Of a DNA stretch of 64,000 nt, positions 55,001 to 64,000 are shown in pieces (the stretch's first letter is position 1; each line of letters begins with the position of its first letter). The translations under genes and the position numbers were made by a program. Source of the DNA: Phyllosticta citribraziliensis (taxonomy: Eukaryota); the NCBI RefSeq assembly GCF_038025025.1, contig NW_027117346.1:1054001-1118000 (forward strand), in the 5' to 3' direction. A model generated the notes under the pieces. That model was not told where the DNA came from. It did not search any database and was given only the letters and a program-made list of their open reading frames with translations.

Positions 55001-57268
55001 AACCAGGCCTCTATTTTCGGTTACAACATTCTCCGAAGAGATCTTCAGCCATTTTCCAGTCTACTAGGCGTTCGCCGTGATCCACCCGTCGAAGTTTGTG
55101 CGAATTACATCATCAACACTCCACCAGGGAATCAAATAGAAGCTGCAGTATTTTTCGGATACATGGCTGGAAGGGTTGCCGACATCCAGAGCTCACGTCT
55201 CGTTGCGCAGGAGCTCGGCAGCGCTCCCATTGTGCCTATGGAGAGTCCTGGCGCGAAGAAAGTTCGTTACATTGCACCTCAGTCGTGCTTCGTAGGCAAG
55301 AGCAAGGAATTTGGGAACATATTGAACTTTGTGGACTTTGGAAGCATTTCGAATGCGTTCCTTCGAACTGTCGGAGCCAAGGATCATCCGAGTATTTTGG
55401 AGCTTGCCCGCATGGTGATTGAGAATCCCTCCAGGGTTTTACAGGAGCTTCAAGCATCAAAATACTTGGACCTCCTGAGGCAATTTGCTGTTGACGAAAA
55501 GGAGCTCAGGTCTGACAAGGTCGTTTGGAATGCTTTCAGGTCGAAACCTGTACTTCTGGCGCTAAAGGATGAGGTACATGGGGCCAAGGCACCCGAGGAA
55601 AAGGAGAAGGATCTTCTCGGAGACGACAGCGACGACGATGACGAATCCGCAGCCCAACAGGTCATGGTCAGCGCTGCAGCATCCCAAATTGCCATTCGCG
55701 ACAACGTCCAGTACTACGCCGTCTTCAGAGGCTCGATTCTGATTGCGCCAGAGGACGATGTCATAGAGCAATTTTACATGCGGCTCGGGGCTGAAAAGCT
55801 AAGCGTCCGCGTACAGGTCGAGAAGATTGCCGGGAATCCAGTCCACGGTGGCGATCAACAAGCAGCGGCGCTGCAGAAGATGATTGTCGAACGCGTCCCC
55901 ATTTTCTTGACACAGTACGACAAGAACCAAATTCACCACGACGCTCGTTGGCTTGAGCGCAACTTGGAAGTCAAGGTGGTCTCGCACCTCACTCACAAGC
56001 TACAACTTCCAGGACATCGCCCTGTGTCGTTGAAGACGACTGCTGGTCTGCTCCGTCCAAAGTCTCGGTTCGGTTCGGTCACGACTTTATATGTGATGCC
56101 TCAATATGACTTTTACGAAGTCAGTCGGGAGCTGGTCCCCCTGCTCTTGGTCCGTCAAAATCCAAAGCATGAGGTATTGATTCTCGAAACCATCCTCAGC
56201 AATAGTCTGCGGAGGCTGCGCGACAAAGGGTACGATGTCCAGCGCATTCTCGCCCGGAAAGAGAAGCAAAAGGCTTTGATGGATGCTCGGCTTGCTGAGG
56301 AAGAAAAGCAACGTCTCGCACAAGCGCCAGTCGCTGAACCCCCTGCATCTCCGCCCGTCGCTCGGCAGCCCCCACAGATCGAGGCGGCAGCCAATCAGCC
56401 TCCACCAAATCCTCGTCCGGCTACACCTGAGCAGAACAAGATGCCAGGAGGATTCGAAACTCCAAGTCCCGAGCGTGAGAAGCACGAAAATGAAATCACC
56501 AATCCTCGCAGGCGGAGTAATGACTCAACAGCTTCAGGGCCAGCAGACAAGCTCTTATCAAATCTTCCATCAGGATGGTCCAAGACCATACGAGACGCTT
56601 TTAACCGAACCACGGCAGCCGGTGGCCAGCCGAGTAGCCAGGGCAACAATACCGATTCTCGTCCCGAACGTCGTCGCCAGAACCCCAACAGCCTTTCTTC
56701 CGACATTCAATCCAACCTCTCTGCAGCAATTGAAAAATGCCGTGCCCACAACTCTGATAGTGTCCAATCATCGGCCAAAACCAAGGAAATCGAAGAAGCA
56801 AAGGGCTCTTACTGTGACAGCAGTACAAGCACGGACCTCAGCAGATGGAACGTTACAGCGAACGGCATCACCGTCTTCTTGACCAACCGTCCGCACGACC
56901 CCATTCCCATCGCAGATGAAGCGTTCAAGTCTGGCATCGGAACGTTCGCCAACCTGCTGGAGCGCATCGGAGGACTCTTCCGTCTGAGCAACAGCGTCAT
57001 CAACATTTTCTACGAAGACGCCAGCAGCACCATTGCGTTCAATAAAGGCGGCTCGCTATTCTTCAACTATTTCTACTTCTTCAACCTGCACGCTCGGAAC
57101 GTTGGAGGAGGTGGCGCGGCTGATGCTACGTTGTATTGGTGGGAGGTGTTTTGCCACGAGATTGCGCACAACTTGAGTGCGGAGCACTCGGCGAAGCACG
57201 TCTATTATGAGGGAAGCTTCGTCAAGGCGACTTTCAGGAATGTGGCCAGCTTGATTGGCGAGTCTTGA
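52034..57268 (+). CDS. Large GHKL (HSP90/sacsin-like) ATPase-domain protein, DUF3684-like, with C-terminal HExxH motif
   Basis: Uninterrupted 1744-aa ORF. N-box LRELVQNAADA, G1 VSNNGKPF, G2 GAFGVGFYSVF. C-terminal TIAFNKGGSLFFN...YWWEVFCHEIAHNLSAEHSAKH. Confidence 0.88.
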   Translation: MAGVNYARMRELTLQEGQDDTVTVNTRALIDKVLARYSAEFTTLRELVQNAADAGASKVTIKFETDPSTKVPFPSDQEPGTVLRHVIKHHNLRSMDVSNNGKPFTDPDWARLRCIAEGNPDETKVGAFGVGFYSVFSECDEPFVISGNKTMAFFWKGNTLAVRSSSLPADQASSSTRFILDYRKSSEKEGEFTPSGIPDLFELSKFLTTSLTFLALESIELHVDSFKILELTKTISTAVAAAIPSHITTTSQNGIMKIRQVTHQTANIRADWSNAVAWDKSEPTQETAVQEPPPSIPSIKGFFAKFNIGTASKREQEQRAAREIAAAKQRAIAEDVAGRSQATISLNINSVNIATKVPPTLSRELLRATKKPPPQQTSLSILTTPHTHLEHLLSNAEGLTVDRAADLFASALPMKHGRVFIGFPTGQTTGYQCHIFAPSLIPTVERESIDLSNRHVSIWNESMLEIAGIACRMAFDKGMSTVKEKMDEVLKAEGVKRPTDAHVTKTIPDTVHVLAQWTAKEATPSALVGKCVEEGFWKASNRAEIMSTLGVLPCQEVRVSVMKLNFLRDLAMIPEELIEQSWAFIEKLANRRIIQYLTVEDIVQRLENKPLDEEEMREFLKFTARMSNSEVIDASDLKKLFNAAVLSTEQSIIALGSISYYLVPSKYPPELPYPITVMPLRYTKDFSRAELEGFGWNELPVEEWVRFLLDFNQRTGPKSITKDSEFATQVLKVISKQWDQMRTNQRNEVIAMLQPHAVMPTKNGMQKPQQTYHPNVKLFEDLPNLIVPGLKPRFLEALGLRQTIDLDYVFTRLLAGPNTSSSDSKPRWSHMDLIEYLTQVRDSIPQKDRATLAEKQIWPVEDYPGFRGDASKLYQLQKLHEPVKENKELGLPVIKWKSNVEYRSFDPKARFLKDLGMRGLPTWIELVEMMTQSVKEKDAAHYETILKHFVANRQQWPSSTIEVLAEKRILPVESKPFPFLVRSIDCVTNNQASIFGYNILRRDLQPFSSLLGVRRDPPVEVCANYIINTPPGNQIEAAVFFGYMAGRVADIQSSRLVAQELGSAPIVPMESPGAKKVRYIAPQSCFVGKSKEFGNILNFVDFGSISNAFLRTVGAKDHPSILELARMVIENPSRVLQELQASKYLDLLRQFAVDEKELRSDKVVWNAFRSKPVLLALKDEVHGAKAPEEKEKDLLGDDSDDDDESAAQQVMVSAAASQIAIRDNVQYYAVFRGSILIAPEDDVIEQFYMRLGAEKLSVRVQVEKIAGNPVHGGDQQAAALQKMIVERVPIFLTQYDKNQIHHDARWLERNLEVKVVSHLTHKLQLPGHRPVSLKTTAGLLRPKSRFGSVTTLYVMPQYDFYEVSRELVPLLLVRQNPKHEVLILETILSNSLRRLRDKGYDVQRILARKEKQKALMDARLAEEEKQRLAQAPVAEPPASPPVARQPPQIEAAANQPPPNPRPATPEQNKMPGGFETPSPEREKHENEITNPRRRSNDSTASGPADKLLSNLPSGWSKTIRDAFNRTTAAGGQPSSQGNNTDSRPERRRQNPNSLSSDIQSNLSAAIEKCRAHNSDSVQSSAKTKEIEEAKGSYCDSSTSTDLSRWNVTANGITVFLTNRPHDPIPIADEAFKSGIGTFANLLERIGGLFRLSNSVINIFYEDASSTIAFNKGGSLFFNYFYFFNLHARNVGGGGAADATLYWWEVFCHEIAHNLSAEHSAKHVYYEGSFVKATFRNVASLIGES

Positions 57269-57856
57269 GTCGAAGGACTGTTGGTGGCCGTATAGAGATT
57301 TCCTATTCCCTGCAAATTCATATGGCATGAATACCATTGGCTAGAAAGATTCAACGTCTGGTTGTCCCTGCTGTGTTCGACTTTCAGAATCTGGTTTGTT
57401 CAATCATCAACCAGTCTTTACATTTCAAGCCCTCAAGAGCATCCTTATCCGCCGCCATTCGACTGTCAAAACATTTTGATTTTGAGTCTTTTCGATTTCG
57501 TAGGCAGCATTGGTGCTCTAGGTTCCTGCTGTCCTAGGTCTGCTAAATCACTGCCCTTTGGTCTTTTCGCACGTCTCTCCAACAGCTTGGACCTCCCGCC
57601 AACCCATTGCCGCCACCCATTGCTGACCGAAACAGCCTGGCCGAAGTACGACCGCCCGTAGCACAACGACTAGAGGTCCTTTTGCCCGTCCTTCCAGGAC
57701 GCAGCCCTCTGCCCTCAATCAGGCACACAACTCTTCCAAGTCAGCAATGGTGCCAAAACAGAACAACTCGCCCCTCAAGCCTTGTGCTCCGTCATGAAAA
57801 GGGAGTATCGACGACAAACGAGCAACAGAAACGGCGTGCAAAACGGCAAAAAGGAA

Positions 57857-57946
57857 TGCTTCCACTGAGATTTGAACTCAGGACCTCGGCATCGCTGATG
57901 AAGATCAGCTACTAGTGCCGCGCTCTACCAACTGAGCCATAGAAGC
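57857..57946 (-). tRNA. tRNA-Thr(AGT) with 17-nt intron (57893-57909)
   Basis: Minus strand: acceptor GCTTCTA/TGGAAGC, D-arm GCTC-AGTTGGTA-GAGC, anticodon stem CGGCA/TGCCG with CT-AGT-A, T-arm CTGAG-TTCAAAT-CTCAG, TTTTT terminator downstream. Confidence 0.95.
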
Positions 57947-58609
57947 GGCTGCAAGCTGATTGCTTGGTGAGAGAAAGCGCTGCAATCCTGAATTATATTC
58001 TGCAAGCCTTATCCTGACTGTTTGTTCTGGAAGGCTCATCATCGAATTGCGGTCACCACAGATCAAACACGCTGTCAAGGAACGTGCGTGCGAGCGTGCG
58101 TGGATGCAAAGATTTTCTCGTCGGCGACGCCAGGGGTGTGGAGCAAGATCTGCTTGCCATTCTGGGTTTAGCGCCTGCGAGGGGACGGGCCGGCGCCGCG
58201 ATGGGCAGGGTCTTGGTCGCCTCGTGGGTGACAACAAGCCAGAACAGACACCATTTTCTCGACCAAAATGGCTGCTCTGCACTTGTTTGTTGAACGATAT
58301 TTCGAGTGGTCTGGTCAAGTTTGCCACGCCTTGACGGCATTGCTGATCGCGTGGAGCCAAAACGCTTGTTGGTCTTTGCGAACCACGTCAACACGGGGCA
58401 GCACCCAACGGCATTGGTCTTTACCAGCTCTGTCAAGTTTTTCACCGACTGTGGGGCGAGATCTTTGATGGCGAATCAATACTCGTTGCACCAGAGGAAT
58501 GTTAAGGCCGCAGAGCCTCGTCACGTCCCCTTTCTGAATGTTCGCTCGCACCAACGCCCTCGCGAGCCTGTCGGATTCTGCCTCGATTATAGTGCGGACA
58601 TGATTCATC

Positions 58610-61600
58610 ATGCCTTCGAAAATCGATCGATCATTCGAGTCTATAGCGTCGCCGCTCGGACCCGATCATCTCGCGCAAGACCTTTTGGATCCCTCAGAAG
58701 TTGGTCGTATTCTATGGGATGAGGCAAAGAGCAAGGTCAAGAGCGAGGAGTTGAAGCAGCTTGATTCCAAGCAAGATGAGACCCCAGAAGCTGTAATCCA
58801 GGAACTTCAAGAAGCAAAGAAGCAAGTTGAGCCTTACCACCATGGGACATTCGACAGCATCATTGGGCGATTCAACATATTTTGTGACATGGCGAGCACC
58901 CCCATGAGTTTCGCCCCGCAGACGATTCAGATCGTTTGGACTGTCTTCGGATTGCTCATGAAGTTCGTCACGGCCTACAAAGAGCTTCGCGGAGTCATGA
59001 TCGATGCTGCAGATGCCATTTCGGACGCAATGTTTTTTTGCGGCATTTACATCAGCCAGTGCCGCCAGTGGACCACAACCCAAAACATCACAGAAAAAGT
59101 TCGCGGGAGAATTCTCAATGTCTATTGCGAAGTTCTCTGTCTTTCCACCCGAATCATGAAATGGGCCGTCAAAAGCGACCGCTATGGACGACTCGGTTTG
59201 ATGTGGAAAGTTGTCAAGGATTCTGTCGAGGCGGTATTCTGGAAGACAAGCGAGCTCAGCGCGATCGTGCAAAGTCTGAGAGCACAGCTTGAAGAGCTCC
59301 GTCAACTCAATGCAGAGAAGAGCCGCATGTTCGAGGAGAATGCTTTCAGAGCACTCGGAGAGAGAATGAAAGACAACACCGAAAAAATCTCTCAGCTGGC
59401 TAGCAATTTTGGCTTGGTAACGAAGCAGAATCAAGCATTTTTCAAGGAACTGGCCGAGAAACAAACGCACCTTCTGGACGTGTACAAGGAGACCGAAGAA
59501 TTGAGGAGTGAAGAGAGGGAAGAAGACAAGATCAACGAGGAGTACATGGCGAAACTAGAATGGCTGAAGGCTGGAACGACACTGGGAGCCTCACAACCAG
59601 ACGATCAACGACAAGAGAAAACAACAAACATGAGTTCAGGGACTTGCGAATGGATACTGGCCGAGGAAGATTTTGTTTCGTGGAAAAGAGGTGCGGGTAA
59701 CAGGATCATCTGGATCTTTGGAAAAGCAGGATCAGGCAAAACGTTTCTGTGCTCCTCGGTCATCACCCATCTGACGGAACAAACAACTCCAAACGACGCA
59801 GCGCCCATATTGACGTATTTCTTCTGCAAGATTGATGATTCTCGCAGATCCAAGGGTGAAAATATCATGCTCCACCTGCTCATGCAGCTGTTCGGAGCAC
59901 TGGGCAGCCTAGACAAAAAGTTCGCAGTCCCCATCCATTCTGGAGATCGCCGTGCCAAGACGAATATCATGCAAATTCTTGCAGAAGAAGCAAAGGACAA
60001 GAAACGGGCTGATGAACTTGGTCTTGCTGTTTGTGCGCGTATCTTTCAAAGGATAGCAAAAGAGTTTGACCGCAAGATTTTCATCGTCCTCGACGGCTTG
60101 GACGAGTGTACGGACCGACAGAACAGTGGAGTTTTCAATGCCCTGACCCAAAAGATTGGGCAGGAACCGAATGTTCAACTCCTGATAGCAAGCAGAGATG
60201 AAAACGACATAAGAGCAGCCTTCATGTCGGAACACACACCTATTCCCCCTTTCTACACCATCGAAGTCAGCGAAACCGCGACAAGAGAAGACATTGCCAG
60301 TTACGTGGCTCAAAGCCTCAACAGATATCGTCTGACAGATCCGGAGTGGGCGCATCGAGAAATTCTGGAACGTTCCGAAGGAATATTTCAGTGTGAGTCA
60401 AGTTCGGAGCTACCTCTGCGCAAAATTTTAATTCTCTACAGATGCTGCGATGGCACTTCGGATCCTTGAATCAGACCCCGTGACAATGAGTGGAAACCCT
60501 GCCGTGGCCATTAAAAGACTTCCCAAGGGATTGAACGAACTCTACGACCAGCGATTATCCCAAATGAATTCAGCATCAAGAAGAAGCCTCAAAATAATGC
60601 TTCGCTGGCTAGCATATGCAGAAGGATCTTCTGTCAAACTCATTCCAGTCATCGATGAGATCATCGAGCGCTATCGACATGAAGAAGACGAAATTCTCAC
60701 AGGACCGGATCTAGAAGATACAGAAGAAGACAAGAGGAAAACTGCGCGACATTTCTGGGAGATTTTATACCCTGAAGTCCGGGACTTCGTCAAGTACAAC
60801 GACGATAGAATTGTCATCGAAGCGCAGCATAAGTCCATTCTCGACTGGATCCGAACGCCTGTCCAAGATCCTTCGGTGTGCGGGAAATGTGGCCAGGGGC
60901 AGGCGGGTGAAGCACCTACTTGGGACGTTTCCCCCCCACGTGGACGATTCATTATGGCCCGTGGTGTCATGAAAACCCTTACACACCCCAGATTCCTAGA
61001 AAAGTATCTCAATTCGAACGATAAGAACCTGTCGCGAAGGTACGAGCTTGAATACTGGTGGCTCCTTATTCACGGCGCCGAAAGTGAAGCAAGTGGGGAA
61101 GACCGAGAAAGAGACGAATGGAAACGCCTTTATGAAGATATCGACAAATTTGTCTACGAAAAGAGCAACAGAATCTACTTTGAACATTGGCGAGCTCAGC
61201 GACAGAACCTCGGCTACCTCCCCTTTCCAGAACAGCCACTGTCTATTGCGGCAAAGATCGGGAGTCTGGGTTATTTCAAACGACACTTCGGGTTTGCCCT
61301 CGATTACGAGCAGAATGATGTTCTCAGTCAGAAGGACAGTCTAGGGCTTTCACCTTTACACTGGGCTTGCCGCTTGGGAAACATTGAGATTCTAAGATTC
61401 ATTCTCGATGAAGACCAATCTCATGTCAACGTTCAAGGCGGCGATGAGCACAGGACCCCTTTTCATTTGATGCTCAGCGAACGTCAGTATTTGAGAAAAG
61501 ACTCCATAACTGTTGAGCACGTCAGGCTCCTTTTCCGTAAGGGCGCACGCGCAGATATACAGGATTCGAGTGGTGACACTTCCCTCCACGCGGTTCTCGA

Positions 61601-63116
61601 ATCAGGAGACTTGGACATTTGCAAAGAGATCCTCCGGAATGGGGAAGTCGACATCAATGCCAAAAACAAGTGGGGTGAAACGCCAATTTTAAAGCTTGGC
61701 CGAGACGCGAAAGATCTCATGAACATAACTCGATTGCTGCTAGACGAGGGAGCCAGCCTGCAAGTTAAACGATGGGACAACCAAACCCTGCTCATCAAAG
61801 CTGTTTTTTGGAATAACCTCGAACTTGCCAATCTTGTTCTTAAGGAAGCACCCGAGATAGTGAACGTGACGGGGCGTTCCCAAGCGGAGACAGCACTACA
61901 TGCAGCCGCGTGCATGCTCAACAAGAGCATGGTGGAATTGCTGCTGGAGAAAAATGCGGACATCTCTCACAGAAACTCTAGTGGCTTGATACCTCTTCAG
62001 GTCGCTCTTGTGTCATATGCTACTTGGGCACGAAAAGATACTGGTACGGCCGATGCGCTCCATGTGTTCTTGAACAAGACTCCTCCCGGCGAAAACGACA
62101 TCGAAGTCCTGAACACCGCCATTGAGCATGATCTTCCCGAGGTCTGCAAACGTTTTGCACACCTCACCAATCACCTCGACAGACACGGCTGGCCTCCGCT
62201 GGTGCTTGCAAAACAAAGAGAAAGAGAACGTATCTACGAAATGCTGTTCAAGAACTCAGACACAAAATGTTTACAAAAGTCAAACCAAGCGAATTGCCTC
62301 CGGAGTCCTCAGTTCCCCAGTTCTTGGAACAGAGACAGTGCAAGAGGTCTTTTGTCTGTGGCTAATAATGGTGTGACTATTTCTGGGGCCCTAGGTAAGT
62401 CCAATGAAATACTCCAAGGCTATCCTCGAGCATACATCACTAAGATTGACAGATGGCAAAGGCGAAAACGGACCCAAGGCCGATCCAGTGGTCAGAGGAA
62501 ACCATCCCATACCCCCAGGACAGCGGTTCTATTTTGAAATCAAAATCGACGAGCTCTTTGGACAAAAATATCATAAAAGGTAAGCAGCACTTCCTCAGAT
62601 TGACGTGCCAGGTCAAAACAGAGATGCTAATCATGTTGCGAGGCAGAGAAATTGACATCGGGTACTGTTCGCAAACATCGATACTGCGAAGATCTCTCGA
62701 ATCAAGGCGAGACGGCGAACGTGTCCCATCCTGGGAGTATCCGTCTTACAGTGACAAAGCTTGCGCATTTCGCCACGGTTATCAGCGTTTAGAGGCGCTC
62801 AGCACCTATTTTACCTGCGGTGATGTTTTAGGGGCTGGGATCGACTGTGCTGCCAAGAAAAGCTGGTTCACGAGGAACGGGGAGCGCTTGGGTAAGCAAT
62901 TCTGGACTTCCAAAAGATCCATTCTAATGCAAAAGTTTTCAACATGCTAATCAAACAGATGCCACTTTCGAACGCAGTTGTATGAGAGGGAAGCTCTTTC
63001 CCATCATTCAGATGGTCAATGTTGGCGTCAAGATCACTGCAAACTTTGGGACGCCGGGATCGCCGCCGTTCAAGTACAAGTGGGAAGATTACCTTCAAAC
63101 CAAGGAGCAAGGCTAG
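58610..63116 (+). CDS. NLR-like protein: N-terminal helical domain - NACHT - ankyrin repeats - SPRY
   Basis: Exons 58610-60392, 60442-62394, 62453-62579, 62647-62891 and 62959-63116 join in frame. GTCEWIL, Walker A WIFGKAGSGKT, YFFC, Walker B FIVLDGLDEC, LLIASR. About 8-10 ankyrin repeats (GLSPLHWAC, GDTSLHAV, AETALHAAA). SPRY motifs VRGNHPIP..FYFEIKI, GDVLGAGID...FTRNGERLG, GKLFPII...ANFG..PFKY. Confidence 0.88.
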
Positions 63117-63520
63117 ATAGCAGAAGTCGTGGCATGCAGTACCCCTCGAAAGCTCCCTTTTTCCATCCGCCACAGAGCTTCAATGCTTCCAAATCCCTTG
63201 ATGATGAGGTGATTTGAACGGTCCCAATTGAGCCGATGAATCAGAATCTTGAATGTCCTCCGTTCACTTTTTTTTGGCTTGTGCGTGCCACCCTGGCTCG
63301 TATGCGGCAACTCCGAAGTGCAGTGCAGCATCTGTCTGGAACAAAGTCTTCCACAGTTCATGTCCCCTTGCAGCAACTTCAAGTGTAGCAAATAACGTGC
63401 TCGGCCATGCAAGATGTTTAGTATGGGCGGCGAAGAATGAAAAATAAAGTCCATTTTCTTGCTTGGAAATTGACTTGTGGGGTATCTTTTAGACTAAGAC
63501 GAACGACTTCCGCCGACAGC

Positions 63521-64000
63521 TTATCCAGAGGAAAATTTTCTTGCCAGCCAGTTGCTTCCATTCTCCATGTAGTCTTCCCTGGTCACGGCCAAGCTCTTCA
63601 ACAGGTCTGTGTTCTGCGCTAGCTTCACACCGCCAAGCCATGTATACGTGATGGGATCGTCTGGCCGTCTGATTCTCAAAGGCCACTCTCCAGGCATAAT
63701 GCTCCTCAACTCTGCCTCCAACTTCTCCATAAAGCCAGGTATCAGGGAGTTTCCACCGACAACTACGACGTTGGCTAACATAGCTGGCCAAAGCCCTTCT
63801 GGCAGTTGCTGGAGGCACTGAAGTATTGCCTCTGGGATGCCAGGTTCCTGGAGCCCAACATCCAGCGGATTGAACAGCAGCTCTGGGACCGCAAAGCGCT
63901 CATTTCCCAGTGGCAGAATGTCTTCCTTTGGCCCGCCCGACATTCCCAGTCGTTTTGCTTTTGCTGCTGCCGAGGGATCATGAGGGCGCGCATATCCACG
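63521..64000 (-). CDS. ARP6: Actin-related protein 6 (SWR1 complex), 3' part (5' end outside window)
   Basis: Frame is open from 64000: LGNERFAVPELLFNPLDVG, GIPEAI, ANVVVVGGNSLIPGF, DPITYTWLGG, VTREDYMENG; stop at 63521-63523. Confidence 0.88.
   Translation of the reverse strand, partial: RGYARPHDPSAAAKAKRLGMSGGPKEDILPLGNERFAVPELLFNPLDVGLQEPGIPEAILQCLQQLPEGLWPAMLANVVVVGGNSLIPGFMEKLEAELRSIMPGEWPLRIRRPDDPITYTWLGGVKLAQNTDLLKSLAVTREDYMENGSNWLARKFSSG

Noticed and set aside
61340..62220. High-identity internal repeats in the NLR ankyrin array (HET-E-style concerted evolution)
   Set aside because: The ankyrin units are highly divergent from each other at protein and DNA level; no sign of repeat homogenisation.

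Overview
Gene-dense eukaryotic DNA from a filamentous ascomycete (short GT-AG introns with CTRAC/CTAAC branch points; Pezizomycotina, possibly Dothideomycete, which is an inference). I can support 20 protein-coding genes and two intron-containing tRNA genes (Glu-CTC, Thr-AGT). The coding genes in order are: partial LITAF-domain protein, membrane-anchored GH16 glucanase, mitoribosomal mL50, mitochondrial ClpX, glycogen branching enzyme, ATP synthase beta, an uncharacterised GH3-C-like protein, CENP-I/Mis6, serine palmitoyltransferase small subunit, a GGQ ribosome-rescue factor, delta-12 desaturase, LOG phosphoribohydrolase, CLPTM1, EMC7, TSC2, TRS120, a 1744-aa GHKL-ATPase/DUF3684-like protein ending in an HExxH motif, a spliced NACHT-ankyrin-SPRY NLR-like gene, and partial ARP6 (19 listed; the possible 20th is a weak secreted-protein ORF at about 12.2-12.8 kb, reported only as a finding). 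Most of the window is housekeeping. The most interesting part is 52-63 kb: the GHKL-zincin fusion, tRNA-Thr and the NLR, whose C-terminal SPRY domain is split over small exons and does not appear intact in the ORF track. I saw no transposon, rRNA or CRISPR array. All family assignments come from motif recognition by eye, not from database searches.
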